A stretch of DNA of 49,822 nt, taken from assembly GCA_035699265.1 (NCBI GenBank), contig DASSAV010000055.1:1-49822 (forward strand). Reading direction: 5' to 3'. This document shows, piece after piece, positions 18,688 through 28,878 of the stretch (positions are counted from its first letter, which is position 1; every line of letters begins with the position of its first letter). Position numbers and translations under genes: made by a program. This stretch comes from Rhodothermales bacterium. Its GTDB lineage: Bacteria > Bacteroidota > Rhodothermia > Rhodothermales > DASSAV01. Under the pieces are notes generated by a model. It saw nothing but the letters and a program-made list of their open reading frames with translations, was not told where the DNA came from and searched no databases.

Positions 18688-20588
18688 CAGCGTAACGCCT
18701 CCAGGCTGTCGTTCCGCGACATCGTACCATCGAGCGTCATTCTCGCCCATATTTCCAGCACGAAAAGGGTCCAGAGCTGCTCACCCCAGTTGCGCACGCC
18801 CGCCGTATGCTCTTCCACCATGCGCCGGGCATACACGGGGCAGATCCATTCTCGCTGCTCGAATGCCGGGCTCAGCAGAGCAGCACGCAGATACGGCGCC
18901 AGTTCGCTGCGCAACCAGTCGGCAGCCGGCATGACAAAACCACGCTTGCGGCGGTACAGTACCTCATCCGGCACGTAGCGTTCAGCCAGGCGCTTGAGCA
19001 AGTACTTCGTCGCATACCCCTTGAGACGCAGTTTGGTAGGAATGCGGGCCGCATACTCGATCAGCTTCGTATCCAGTAGCGGCGAACGTGCCTCCACCGA
19101 ATGTGCCATCGTCGAAACGTCCATCTTCGCCAGAAGCTGATCCGGCAAGTACGTCGCAAAATCCCCGTACAGAGCCCGGTCCACATCATCGACGCTCGTG
19201 ACCCTTCCAAAGGCGTCCCGGTAGAACGTATCGGGGTGGCGGTCGGCCACGGTTCGCATGAAAGCCGGGGCGTAAGCTGCCGACCGGTACCGGCGAAACG
19301 CGCGGTCGTAGACAAACGCCTCCATCGCGGTCCCCTGCCCCGCAACTGCGAGCATGCCCAGTGGTTTGAGGGGCCCCCGATCCAACCCGCTCAGTTGACG
19401 ACCGAGGAATCGTCGCATCCCCGCGGGCACCATGCGGCGGTAATGCTGGGCCGCCCGCGTTACGACCGGCCGCGCATAGCCGCCGAAGAGTTCGTCCCCC
19501 CCGTCACCGTTGAGAACGACGGTCACGTGCTGCCGGGCCGCTTGCGCCACATAGTACGTCGGCACGATGGAAACGTCAGCCAGTGGCTGCCCGTAATGCC
19601 AGATGATTTCGGGAAGATCGACGACGGCGTTTGCCTGCAAAACGTGTTCGTGGAGATGCACGCCCCACCGTTGCGCTACCTGGCGCGCATGGATTCGCTC
19701 ATCGTAAACAGGATCTTCGAAGCCCATCACGACGGCCTCGACCGGCCTGGAGGAGAGCGACGCCATCATGGACACGACGAGGCTGGAATCGACGCCGCCC
19801 GAGAGAAATGCACCGAGCGGCACGTCGCTCATCAGACGTTTGCGGACAGCCTCGCGCACCAGCACGTCCAGGTCGTCCAGTATGTCCGCCTCCGTTTGCT
19901 GCAGCTTGGGACCATAGCTCACCTCCCAGTAACGCGCGACCTGGAGCGTGTCAGAACCGGGTCGGTAGGAAAGTTGATGAGCCGGCGGCAATTGCTGAAC
20001 GCCCCTCAAAATAGACAGGGGAGCAGGGACGGCCTGGTACGTCAAATAGGCGTCCAGAGCGACGGGATCGACCTCCCGCCCCCCCGGCAGCAGTGCGCCG
20101 AGGGCATTCAAAGTGGAGGCGAATGCCAGGCCCTTGCCCGAATGGGCGTAGAAAAACGGTTTCTTGCCCACACGGTCCCGGGCGGCGTAGAACGTCTGTG
20201 TCCTCGCGTCCCAGACGGCAAAGGCGAACATGCCGTCGATTCGCTCGAGCAGGCCGGACCAGCCCCAGGCCAGATATCCGTTGAGGAGAACTTCGGTATC
20301 AGACGTCGAACGGAAGGATCGGACCTGCTCCAGCTCCCGGCGAAGCTCCAGGTGGTTGTATATCTCGCCATTGAAGACCAGTACGACCGCGTCGTCTTCC
20401 GCGGTCATGGGCTGATGGCCGGCCGGTGACAGGTCCAGGATGGCAAGGCGTCGGAACCCCAGTGTAGCGGGCCCCGACTGCGCCCAACCGACGTCGTCAG
20501 GGCCGCGATGCGCCATCAAGTCGCGCGCCTGCTCAAGCCGGTCGGCGTATCGGCATGCCTCCCCTACCAGACCGATGATACCGCACAT
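18687..20588 (-). CDS. asnB: Asparagine synthase (glutamine-hydrolysing), a polysaccharide-locus amidotransferase type
   Basis: MCGIIGLVG (Cys2 nucleophile), HRGPDD, RLAILDLSPAGHQPM, LVFNGEIYNH, GMFAFAVWD, FLSGGVDSS. Confidence 0.9.
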   Translation of the reverse strand: MCGIIGLVGEACRYADRLEQARDLMAHRGPDDVGWAQSGPATLGFRRLAILDLSPAGHQPMTAEDDAVVLVFNGEIYNHLELRRELEQVRSFRSTSDTEVLLNGYLAWGWSGLLERIDGMFAFAVWDARTQTFYAARDRVGKKPFFYAHSGKGLAFASTLNALGALLPGGREVDPVALDAYLTYQAVPAPLSILRGVQQLPPAHQLSYRPGSDTLQVARYWEVSYGPKLQQTEADILDDLDVLVREAVRKRLMSDVPLGAFLSGGVDSSLVVSMMASLSSRPVEAVVMGFEDPVYDERIHARQVAQRWGVHLHEHVLQANAVVDLPEIIWHYGQPLADVSIVPTYYVAQAARQHVTVVLNGDGGDELFGGYARPVVTRAAQHYRRMVPAGMRRFLGRQLSGLDRGPLKPLGMLAVAGQGTAMEAFVYDRAFRRYRSAAYAPAFMRTVADRHPDTFYRDAFGRVTSVDDVDRALYGDFATYLPDQLLAKMDVSTMAHSVEARSPLLDTKLIEYAARIPTKLRLKGYATKYLLKRLAERYVPDEVLYRRKRGFVMPAADWLRSELAPYLRAALLSPAFEQREWICPVYARRMVEEHTAGVRNWGEQLWTLFVLEIWARMTLDGTMSRNDSLEALR

Positions 20589-20658
20589 GAAAATAGCCGT
20601 CTGTTAAACTTGCCGCCCTGCCCCATTCCATGGACCCACTTACGATGTGATTCTACCG

Positions 20659-21618
20659 CTACGAGTACCCGAAGTGCGCTCTATTTATGCTCGTCACCAG
20701 CTCAGCGACTCGCCTGCTGGATGGTGGAAGCCGGGTTTTCCACTTCTCATCGAGAAAGATGCCGCGCGTGTCATACCGCATCGGATTGCCGGCTATGGTA
20801 AACCGGCTACCCTCTCGAAACCGTGCTACGGCTTCTTCCTCGTATGGGCATCCAATTACCTCGCAGACACGCATGAACGTCCCTTTCGGGTCAGATGCAA
20901 GCTGCTCATACTGGATCAGAAGGTAGTCGGCCGGATCCATGTGGTTTTGGGCGATCTTTGAAAACAGTTGGTTCTGTATGACCCAGGCAAGCGCCTGACG
21001 GGCTGTATAGTAGAGCCGCTTCACATCTCGCATCGGATCACTGCTCTCCAGCCATTCCTTGGTGACCGAGTAAGCAAAACCGTTCGGGTTCTTCACGAGG
21101 TGAAACACTTTGACGTTGAACAGCCCCGAACGAATAAACCAGAGCAAGCGATACGGATCTTTCGAAGCGTCCACGATCCATTCGGGCCGCTCTCCAACTG
21201 TCTCCTCAACGAGATTCAGGAAGGCGGCGAACAGAACGTAGTTGTTATGGCTGTATTGCCGGATCAGCTGCTGAACCTGCTCACCGACCGGCCCGCTTTC
21301 AAATTCCCGTAAGCGTTCTCTCCGCAAGGTTCTCCCGGCGTTATGTTTCTCACGAAAGAAGTGGATTTGAGGATGCCGCTGGGCCATTGGATTCACGCGC
21401 TGCAGCATTTCCATCCAGAAGGGATCTTCCTGGACAAATTTCCCGGACCCGCAGGGCCGGACACCGCCCAGTTGTAGCTCGTGGGGCCAGAGGTGAACCT
21501 CGCCGGTCGTAGCCATCCTGGAATGCGCCCCCAGCATCGATTCCAGCAGGGTCGAGCCGCTCCGGCCAATGCTGGCCACGTAAATCAGGTTGATCTTGCC
21601 GGGACTTTCCATATACAT
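20659..21618 (-). CDS. Sulfotransferase
   Basis: IYVASIGRSGSTLLESMLGAH (5'-PSB) and FHLVKNPNGFAYSV (3'-PB-like). Confidence 0.7.
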   Translation of the reverse strand: MYMESPGKINLIYVASIGRSGSTLLESMLGAHSRMATTGEVHLWPHELQLGGVRPCGSGKFVQEDPFWMEMLQRVNPMAQRHPQIHFFREKHNAGRTLRRERLREFESGPVGEQVQQLIRQYSHNNYVLFAAFLNLVEETVGERPEWIVDASKDPYRLLWFIRSGLFNVKVFHLVKNPNGFAYSVTKEWLESSDPMRDVKRLYYTARQALAWVIQNQLFSKIAQNHMDPADYLLIQYEQLASDPKGTFMRVCEVIGCPYEEEAVARFREGSRFTIAGNPMRYDTRGIFLDEKWKTRLPPSSRRVAELVTSINRAHFGYS

Positions 21619-21624
21619 ACCCTT

Positions 21625-22800
21625 CTACAACTCCCTTCGTGCGGACACCCCGCCTCGAATCGTACCGCCGCCGCTCACACCTTCTGACAGTTGCTCGAAC
21701 AGGCAGAGATACTGGCCGGCCATTTCTCCCCAACTGTGACATTCCGCCTTTGCTCGGGCAGCCCGCCCCATCTCACTCCTGAGCGTGCGGCTTACCACCA
21801 GCCTGCCCAAGGCCGCCGCCATCGCCGCGTCGTCTTCCGGGTCGTCGAGAATAATGCCGCAATCCGAGTCGACCAGTTGAGCAGCGCCTACAGCTCTTGC
21901 CGTAACGACAGGAAGCCCGGTAGCGAGCGCTTCGAGAAGCACGAGCGAAAACGGCTCATGCCGTGATGGGCATATGCACACGTCACAGGCACGCATGATG
22001 TCCGCAACGTCGAGCCGGTAGCCGAGAAAGTGAACGCGATCGTGAACGTTCAGTCGACGCGCCATTTGCGGATAGGGACTGCCTTCCACCTCCCCTACTA
22101 CCGCGAGGTGTAAGGCAGGTACAAACTGAAGCGCTTTCAGGACGCTATCGAGGTTCTTTCGAGGAGTCCGAATGTCTCCGATGAAGACGCCCAGGACGAC
22201 ACCGCCTGGCAATCCGAGGCTCGTCCGGTCCGTGCCCCCGGGTGAAAACTCGTCGTGATCGACGCCGTTGGGGATTACCTGAATTTGATCCGGAGCCACG
22301 CCCATACGGACCAGGTCGTCTCTGACCTGGTCCGAAACGGCGACGATAAGCCCGGCCTGCTTGAAGGCGTGCCGCTCCCACGCAGCATTGACAGTCGTAT
22401 AAACCCATTGGTACCATCCATATGGCCCGCGATGAAGGCGGGCTGTATGAACCGGGGAGCGCATCCAGGCGCTATGCACGAAGTGTACGGCGTTCACGTC
22501 CGCAGGGTACCACGTGATGCACCCGTTGGCCAGGATGAGATCCAGTTTGACGTGATGCGCGCGAAGCCACCCGGAGCTTCGCCACGCGAAGATCTGATTG
22601 CGCACCAGTTCGGTCGGCCATCTCGAAACGGGCAAGTGAACCCAGGTGACGGCGGGATGAGCAGCCAACTCCGGAGCCACCTCGCTGGCCAGAAGCACTG
22701 CCTGGTGCCCTCGGTCCAGGGCCGCTCTCGCTATTTCGTAATTGACGCGCCCCTGGCCATCGCCTTTGATCAGCTTGTGGGTTAAGATTCCGAGTCGCAT
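21625..22800 (-). CDS. GT4 glycosyltransferase
   Basis: MRLGILTHKLIKGDGQGRVNYEIA; EPFSLVLLEALATGLPVVTARAVGAAQLV. An ATG at 22800 avoids overlap with the upstream gene. The track ORF runs to 22911. Confidence 0.8.
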   Translation of the reverse strand: MRLGILTHKLIKGDGQGRVNYEIARAALDRGHQAVLLASEVAPELAAHPAVTWVHLPVSRWPTELVRNQIFAWRSSGWLRAHHVKLDLILANGCITWYPADVNAVHFVHSAWMRSPVHTARLHRGPYGWYQWVYTTVNAAWERHAFKQAGLIVAVSDQVRDDLVRMGVAPDQIQVIPNGVDHDEFSPGGTDRTSLGLPGGVVLGVFIGDIRTPRKNLDSVLKALQFVPALHLAVVGEVEGSPYPQMARRLNVHDRVHFLGYRLDVADIMRACDVCICPSRHEPFSLVLLEALATGLPVVTARAVGAAQLVDSDCGIILDDPEDDAAMAAALGRLVVSRTLRSEMGRAARAKAECHSWGEMAGQYLCLFEQLSEGVSGGGTIRGGVSARREL

Positions 22801-22856
22801 CAGGGTCGCGGGGTTGGTACACAGCCGTAGTTGATCGATAACGTGAGCGGTGATGT

Positions 22857-24257
22857 TTACTGCTGTGCATAATAGGCTTCTGCCGCCAGTGCCAGGCCCA
22901 GGAAGATCCACGTGACCATTCCAGACGTGCCAATGAGTTGGTTCTGGAAAATGAGGAGCACGAGTAGCGCCAGGACGACCCCCGTGACGATGACGGCAAA
23001 ACGATCCGTGTCCTCCTCACGTATGCGCCATACTCTGCTCACCATGATCGCCAGCCCCCCGATGTACAGAAAGGTGCCGAGCCAGCCCAGCGTGATAGGA
23101 ATCTGCAAAACACCGCTGTCGAAGTTTACAGCAGACCCGGTGCTCAGCTTGGCCGCCGTGCCGTAGCTGCCGATCCCCTCGCCGATGAGGCTCGTGGCAA
23201 TTCGAGGCGACGCCCTCGCATAGAGGTCCAGGCGCGCCTGAAAACTCCCGTCTTCTCCGATATTACCCACGGTGCCCATGCGGTTGGTGACACGTTCCGA
23301 CATGGGCGCGTTGATCAGCACCAGCGGTACGGAAAGCCCGACGCCTACCAACAAAAACACGAACAGGCGGGAACGCGCGCTGCCACGCACGCGCAGCGCT
23401 AGAAACGCCAGGGCTATCAGCCAGCCACCCCAGGCCGCACGGACGAGCGTCAGCAGCAAGCTGATGTAGCCGGGGATAGCCGCGACAGGCGCCATGAATC
23501 CCCGACCGTCGAAAAGCAGCACCAGCCCGACCATGGTCATGATTGCAAACGGACCTGTCGAATTCAAAGTGCTGAAAATGCGAATGCTGTACGGTTCCGG
23601 CTGGCCCATCGAACTCGTCATCCCTGAGTAGGTCAGCCAGTGAGCGTCCCACGGCGGCGGATTTATGAACTGGTATATTCCGTACAGGCCCATCAGCAGG
23701 ATCCCCCAGGTAAACGTTTCTCGTATCACCCGCCGATGCTCGGGATAATCCTGCCAGAGTAACAGTACGTGCAGGCCCATCATCACAGGCATCAGCCACT
23801 GGAGCACACCGAACATTGCGCTGAACACGCCGGCCTCGACAACGCCGACCAGAAAACCGTAGACAATCCCCAGAATTGAAAGGAGGAAGGGGAAATACCT
23901 CGCATGCAAGAGTTGCTTTCCGAGCCTCACGAAGGTGATGAGCGACAGGGCCGTCACAAGGTACGGGGTCAGCATGATGGCGCTGGTAGCGTCGTACACA
24001 CCCGTTTGGTAACCTACGACCCGACGTACGAATGGAGTGATAAACCAAATCCACCAGCAGAAGCCGAGAAAGATCGCCGGTCGGGTGATGTAGAGCGTCC
24101 CGGCCACGACCACCATGGCGATAGGATACACGAGCTCCACCATGGCGGCATTTCGACTCCAGAACAGAAAGACGAAGGTGCTCAGGCAGATCAGAAACAA
24201 GCTCCCGGCCAGGAAGAGCGAGCGCGAGCTATCGTTTGCGAGAGAGACCGAGTTCAT
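22857..24257 (-). CDS. O-antigen ligase / Wzy-like polysaccharide polymerase (polytopic membrane protein)
   Basis: About 10-12 hydrophobic segments. The central region, STLNSTGPFAIMTMVGLVLL...ISLLLTLVRAAWGGWLIALAFLAL, is typical of the Wzy_C/O-antigen ligase family. Confidence 0.65.
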   Translation of the reverse strand: MNSVSLANDSSRSLFLAGSLFLICLSTFVFLFWSRNAAMVELVYPIAMVVVAGTLYITRPAIFLGFCWWIWFITPFVRRVVGYQTGVYDATSAIMLTPYLVTALSLITFVRLGKQLLHARYFPFLLSILGIVYGFLVGVVEAGVFSAMFGVLQWLMPVMMGLHVLLLWQDYPEHRRVIRETFTWGILLMGLYGIYQFINPPPWDAHWLTYSGMTSSMGQPEPYSIRIFSTLNSTGPFAIMTMVGLVLLFDGRGFMAPVAAIPGYISLLLTLVRAAWGGWLIALAFLALRVRGSARSRLFVFLLVGVGLSVPLVLINAPMSERVTNRMGTVGNIGEDGSFQARLDLYARASPRIATSLIGEGIGSYGTAAKLSTGSAVNFDSGVLQIPITLGWLGTFLYIGGLAIMVSRVWRIREEDTDRFAVIVTGVVLALLVLLIFQNQLIGTSGMVTWIFLGLALAAEAYYAQQ

Positions 24258-25447
24258 GCTTCGACCTTTTCTGCTGTGGCCGCCGCGTTGGCTAGCGCCG
24301 TTCCATCGACCGAGAAGCCCGCTTCAAAGCGCCCGAGTACCGTCAAAAGCGTATCGCTGATGCGTTCCCATGAAAAGGCTGTCTCGAAAAACCGTCGTCC
24401 GACCCTCCCCATCTGTACACGAGACTGTTTGTCTCTCGCAAACTGCAATACACATGCGCCGAAAGCCGAAGGGTCGTCATCTCGCACGAGGCAGAATGCC
24501 CGGCCGTCCTGAAGACGCAGCATGTCGTCGGTCTGCACGCCATACGTGCTGATGGTCGGCACGCCGTGCTGAAGCCCAACCATAAAGGACCCCCGGCGCG
24601 ACGACACCCCTTTACGGAAAGGGGCCAGATACAGGTCCATAGCCGTGAAACACGAGGACACCTCCTCCGGCGGAAGGGGCCCGGCATCAATAATCGGGAC
24701 GGCCCCGAGCGCCTCCCGCAACGTGGCGCCGCATGCTCCAACGTAGAGCACCTGAAAAGTCCGCCCCCCCTCCCTTAATGCTTGCGTGGCTGCTTTGATG
24801 AAGGAGAGCAGGCGTGACGGGTGTGCACTGCCGAAGACACCCACGATCAGCGCGTCCTCGGAAAGGCCTAGACGCGCTCGGGCGGCTCCCCTTCGGAGCG
24901 GAACACGCGGCATGTTGGACCCCACAGGCAGATGGAATACGGGCGTCCCGCCGAACCAACGCTCAAACGCGCGTACCCACGGCTCGATGGAAAAGAAAAT
25001 GGCATCAGCGCCACGCCCCAACGTCCAGAGCTGCCACCGCTGCCAGCTCGTCATTGCGGTAGATCTCCAATCGACCGCAGGGACGAAAGGCTCGTGAACC
25101 ATGACGGCGATGCGGGTAAGCGGGCAATCCCTCCGCACGCGCCGCAGTACGAGCGGCAGATACGGGCTGAAACCCCGCTTGCCGTAACTGAAGGGATTGT
25201 ACTGTAAGACCAGCCAGTCCGGAGCATCTCGCCGAACGGCATCAGATAGGCTGCACACGTAGGAGGGCTTCTGGATGGAGAAAGCCTGCTCCACCTCAAC
25301 CCCACGAATAGGATCGAAGGCCCCTTCACCAGTCAGCACCTTGACCTGGCAACGCTTCGACAAGGTCTCCGCCAGTTGCGCCGTATAGTCACCGATCCCA
25401 TCCAGAGAAGGCGGCAATACAGGAAACACGAGGTGGATGGAGGTCAT
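24254..25447 (-). CDS. GT-B (GT4-like) glycosyltransferase
   Basis: MTSIHLVFPVLPPSLDGIGDYTAQLAETL is a GT1-type N-terminus. The ATGA at 24254-24257 overlaps stop and start with the Wzy-like gene. The C-terminal motif is degenerate. Confidence 0.6.
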   Translation of the reverse strand: MTSIHLVFPVLPPSLDGIGDYTAQLAETLSKRCQVKVLTGEGAFDPIRGVEVEQAFSIQKPSYVCSLSDAVRRDAPDWLVLQYNPFSYGKRGFSPYLPLVLRRVRRDCPLTRIAVMVHEPFVPAVDWRSTAMTSWQRWQLWTLGRGADAIFFSIEPWVRAFERWFGGTPVFHLPVGSNMPRVPLRRGAARARLGLSEDALIVGVFGSAHPSRLLSFIKAATQALREGGRTFQVLYVGACGATLREALGAVPIIDAGPLPPEEVSSCFTAMDLYLAPFRKGVSSRRGSFMVGLQHGVPTISTYGVQTDDMLRLQDGRAFCLVRDDDPSAFGACVLQFARDKQSRVQMGRVGRRFFETAFSWERISDTLLTVLGRFEAGFSVDGTALANAAATAEKVEA

Positions 25448-25529
25448 GTCTCTTTCTCTCCGTACCGGGTACCGCTCACGTTGTGGACAACCTTCCGCGA
25501 TCCTGCGATTTTGCAGGAGCAAACCTCAC

Positions 25530-26471
25530 TCACTTGTATCCATAAAGCGCCAGTTCGTCGCCCGCGACACGCTCAGCCACGCGTATCTCGTCCGGATCAC
25601 GCCGTTTGTATTTCCCGATAGACTGCGTGTGTGCATGCCGGACACGTCTCATGAAAGCAGCACTCGGCTCCAAACCCAGATGTTCGAGAACCGCCGCCCC
25701 ATAGGCTGCCGGTTCGCGCATGAGATCTTCGTACCGGAGCAGCATCACCTGTTGGTTTTCTGCTCGTCCGGATTTCGAGAAGCAGTCGTGGCACCGACGC
25801 ACCATGTACTTCCACATCCAGATAGCACGGGTATAAGGAGTGCTGGATATAAATTCGTTCTCTCGCCCCTCTTCCACCCACCACGGGACGTAACGATGGT
25901 CATACTTTCGGCCCAGCCGCATCTCCGAGCCGCGGAGATGTGTAAGCTGGTCGTCGGAAAGCACGTCGTAGGAACGCACCAGCGAGTCTGCGCAATCACG
26001 TCCGTCGCGATAGATGTGAATGATCTTGGCCTCGGGCAGCGCCCGCTTTACAAAATCCGGGGCCATAGCCAGGAAGGGCTCCTTGTAGATGATTCGGCGT
26101 GGTGCCTCACGTCTGCCCTGAACCAGGCGGAGGAAGCCGCCGGCGCCGCCGCGCGTGGACACCCACTTCTGTAGAGCCGCGGCACGCGAGTAATAACGGC
26201 CTGAATGCAGGTAGGCGTCCAACGACCGCTCGAACCCGACCGCCAGTGCATCGTAAATCTCGGGCGGCAGGGGCTGGTTCACCACGTGAGGAATGGCAAC
26301 CGGCAGCAACGTACCGGTCATGCACTCTGCCTCCGGTAGGCAGTTGAGCGCATCCATAAGGAAGGTGGTGCCCGACCTCGGGCACCCCAGCACTACGGCG
26401 TGTTCGAGTCCCATATAGCCAGTTGCTTCCATATCTATGCGCGGCCTGTCGGCATGTCTTCCTGAAACCAC
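25530..26471 (-). CDS. Sulfotransferase
   Basis: VVLGCPRSGTTFLMDAL and IHIYRDGRDCADSLVRSY. Alternative starts lie at 26432 and 26414. Confidence 0.8.
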   Translation of the reverse strand: MVSGRHADRPRIDMEATGYMGLEHAVVLGCPRSGTTFLMDALNCLPEAECMTGTLLPVAIPHVVNQPLPPEIYDALAVGFERSLDAYLHSGRYYSRAAALQKWVSTRGGAGGFLRLVQGRREAPRRIIYKEPFLAMAPDFVKRALPEAKIIHIYRDGRDCADSLVRSYDVLSDDQLTHLRGSEMRLGRKYDHRYVPWWVEEGRENEFISSTPYTRAIWMWKYMVRRCHDCFSKSGRAENQQVMLLRYEDLMREPAAYGAAVLEHLGLEPSAAFMRRVRHAHTQSIGKYKRRDPDEIRVAERVAGDELALYGYK

Positions 26472-27604
26472 GCACCGGCTATGGACTCCTGGTAGAGCAT
26501 ATTCTGCCGCTCCACAAAACGGCCCATTGAGAACCTGGTACGTGCCGCCTCCATTCCTGCCTCACCCATTCGATCTGCCATATCCGCTTCCTCAGCAAAG
26601 AGTGTAATGCCTCTGGCCAGGCCCTCTACGTCCCCCGGCGACACGAGTAGCGCGAATTCTTCCAGAGCGTATTCTGGTATTCCTCCGGCTCTGCTTGCAA
26701 TAACGGGCCTCCCGAAGGCGGCTGCTTCAAGCGTCACCAGGCCCGCAGGTTCATGCCAGAGCGAAGGCACGACGACTGCCCGCGCCTCCCTGATGAGGGC
26801 CGCAACTTCTTCCACCGGCAGCCAGCCATGAAAGGTCAGCCGATCAGCAATCTTCAGTCGACGCGCCAGTGCCTGCATGTCTCCCACGAGATAACCCTCC
26901 CCGGCGATGTCCAGGTGCACCTCGGCATCCACCCGCGCCAGTGCGTGAAGAAGCCACTGAATCCCCTTCTGCGGCACGACCCGCCCTGCGTACACGAAGC
27001 GAGGGGGCCCCTCGCGGCTGGCGGGAGTGTAAGCTCCTCCCACCTCCGGAGCGGGCGATGGGAGCACGTGTATATTCCCGGCCTGGCAACCCGCACGCAC
27101 CATCTGCCGCTTGAGAAAGGCGCTGACGGTGAAGGTGGGCAGTACGCCCGACATGTGGATCTCCTTCTCGATCCGCTCAAAGCCGAAACGGACACTGTGG
27201 GGGCGACGGCTTCCACACCTGTCCACGTAACGCCCCCATAAACAACCCGCTGTATTATAAACCCGGTCGCACGGTTTCCCCTGCCGGGCAAGGTAGCGGG
27301 TGCCGCTCGGGCAAGATCCCTGATTGCCGTGCATGGTGCGCACTGTTGGAATGCGGACCTCCGGCAGTTCAGAAACCGGCTTGTGCAAATGCAAGATGTC
27401 CAGTCCTAGCATGCCGGCCTGCCTGAACAGATCCGGATCGTCATGAACCCTTATGCACACATCGGCTTCGCTGCCGGGCTCAAACGTGCGGCTGAGGTAA
27501 AGCACGGAGTGGCCGGCCGATACTTGAGCTTCCCCGAGCCTGCGGATGTAGCTCGCAACGCCGCCGTTGGCCCAGATGTCAGGTGCGTAGTGGCCGATCC
27601 TCAT
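26435..27604 (-). CDS. GT4 glycosyltransferase
   Basis: MRIGHYAPDIWANGGVASYIRRLG; HEPAGLVTLEAAAFGRPVIASRAGGIPEY. The start at 27604 overlaps the upstream stop codon (ATGA at 27601-27604). Confidence 0.8.
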   Translation of the reverse strand: MRIGHYAPDIWANGGVASYIRRLGEAQVSAGHSVLYLSRTFEPGSEADVCIRVHDDPDLFRQAGMLGLDILHLHKPVSELPEVRIPTVRTMHGNQGSCPSGTRYLARQGKPCDRVYNTAGCLWGRYVDRCGSRRPHSVRFGFERIEKEIHMSGVLPTFTVSAFLKRQMVRAGCQAGNIHVLPSPAPEVGGAYTPASREGPPRFVYAGRVVPQKGIQWLLHALARVDAEVHLDIAGEGYLVGDMQALARRLKIADRLTFHGWLPVEEVAALIREARAVVVPSLWHEPAGLVTLEAAAFGRPVIASRAGGIPEYALEEFALLVSPGDVEGLARGITLFAEEADMADRMGEAGMEAARTRFSMGRFVERQNMLYQESIAGAWFQEDMPTGRA

Positions 27605-28698
27605 GGGAAGCTTGGCTCCAGACTGCCAGAGCGTACGCTGACGAGCGGGTAGCGCGCCACGTGCTCCATGCGTTCCAGAAGCGCCTGCCAGTCGCCTGTA
27701 GGTACGACATACCCGTTCACGCCCTCCTGCACGAGTTCTTTCATGCCCGTATCTGCTGTGACGACGACGGGGACCCCACACGCCAGGGCCTCCACAGGCG
27801 CATAGCCGAATCCATCCTCGTACGTGGGATGAACGAGGACGTCCGCTCGGTGTAAAGCTGGAAGTGGATCTCCAGGGGCTAATCGAATCCGTTCGTCACG
27901 ACGCATCCACTCCTCCACGATCCGACGCATGCTCCGAGTAGACCACCCTCCAACGAGCGTCAGTTCGGCGGTGCCGACGCGAAGCCTCGAGAATGCTTCC
28001 ATCAGCAACGGAATCCCTTTCGTCGCATCGAGACGTCCGATGTACACGACCCGGAAAACACCGTCGTCCGGGCGCACGGCGGGCGGGACGAAGCGAGAGG
28101 CTGGACGGAGATAGGTCCGCTTAAGCTTCGCAGCCTCTATTCCCGCTTCAATAAAGGACTGACGGGTATATTCCGAATGAACGTAAATGGTGTCTGCCAG
28201 TTCATACTCGCGGAGCGTCTTGGTCCGTTGTGCTTCATTCAGCCAACTGCTTTCCATCTTCAACTGCCGCCGCGCTTGCTCGTGCAGGCGCTTGAGGTTA
28301 TTCACGTGGCTGTTTACGGCGACCAATTCCAATTCCTTGTAGCCTACCTGCCGCGCACGGCGAAAGCTCCGCAGCGTCTTTCCCACGAAGCCCATGAACG
28401 TCTCTTCAGGCCGGGTGAGGCACGAGGCGATTACGCGGTCGAAAACGTCTCCCTTTTTCTGGCTGCTCCAGCTCTGGCTCATGCTGGCAGGTAAACACCA
28501 GCGCAGTGCATTCATCCGCCGGAAAGGCTTCAATGATACACTTCGGCCTTTCTCCTCATCTCCTTGCTTGATTGCCGGCGCATAATAACGAGCTAAAGCG
28601 CCCGCCTCGCGCGACTCTTCGACGAGTTGCGCAAAGTGCTGCCCTACTCCGCCTTTTCCGTATGGCGATCCGCACGCGATTACTCGCATTACTCGCAC
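27601..28698 (-). CDS. GT4 glycosyltransferase
   Basis: EDGFGYAPVEALACGVPVVVTADTGMKELVQEGVNGYVVP. The start is either the GTG at 28698 or the ATG at 28689, and both lie within a 9-nt tandem duplication. Confidence 0.8.
   Translation of the reverse strand: MRVMRVIACGSPYGKGGVGQHFAQLVEESREAGALARYYAPAIKQGDEEKGRSVSLKPFRRMNALRWCLPASMSQSWSSQKKGDVFDRVIASCLTRPEETFMGFVGKTLRSFRRARQVGYKELELVAVNSHVNNLKRLHEQARRQLKMESSWLNEAQRTKTLREYELADTIYVHSEYTRQSFIEAGIEAAKLKRTYLRPASRFVPPAVRPDDGVFRVVYIGRLDATKGIPLLMEAFSRLRVGTAELTLVGGWSTRSMRRIVEEWMRRDERIRLAPGDPLPALHRADVLVHPTYEDGFGYAPVEALACGVPVVVTADTGMKELVQEGVNGYVVPTGDWQALLERMEHVARYPLVSVRSGSLEPSFP
28680..28697. repeat. Perfect 9-nt tandem duplication (TTACTCGCA x2) spanning the start-codon region of the GT4 gene
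   Basis: The plus strand reads ttactcgca ttactcgca. On the coding strand this gives gTGCGAGTAATGCGAGTAAtc, hence the peptide MRVMRV. Confidence 0.9.
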
Positions 28699-28878
28699 TC
28701 AATTAATTAGCAGCGAACTTAATACCTGTGCCTGTTCGGGGATATATAAAACAACCTGACTTGTATACTCCTCAGGTAGATGCTCTGCTCCTCTATCTGA
28801 TGCCGGTGCTTACGACCCGTCCTTATCCAACTGGCGTAAGTGCCAGAGGCGTACGACATACCCGGTGCAGCACCCCTG

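Noticed and set aside
19101-20429. 442-aa plus-strand ORF, and many similar long ORFs in the track (e.g. 29792-30583, 32277-33182, 40765-41436, 44014-44871, 45760-46488, 48084-48509).
   Set aside because: They lie antisense to ORFs with clear family motifs (asnB, sulfotransferases, GTs, hemW, ctaA). Their translations are Arg/Pro/Gly-rich and low in complexity, which is typical of shadow ORFs in GC-rich DNA.
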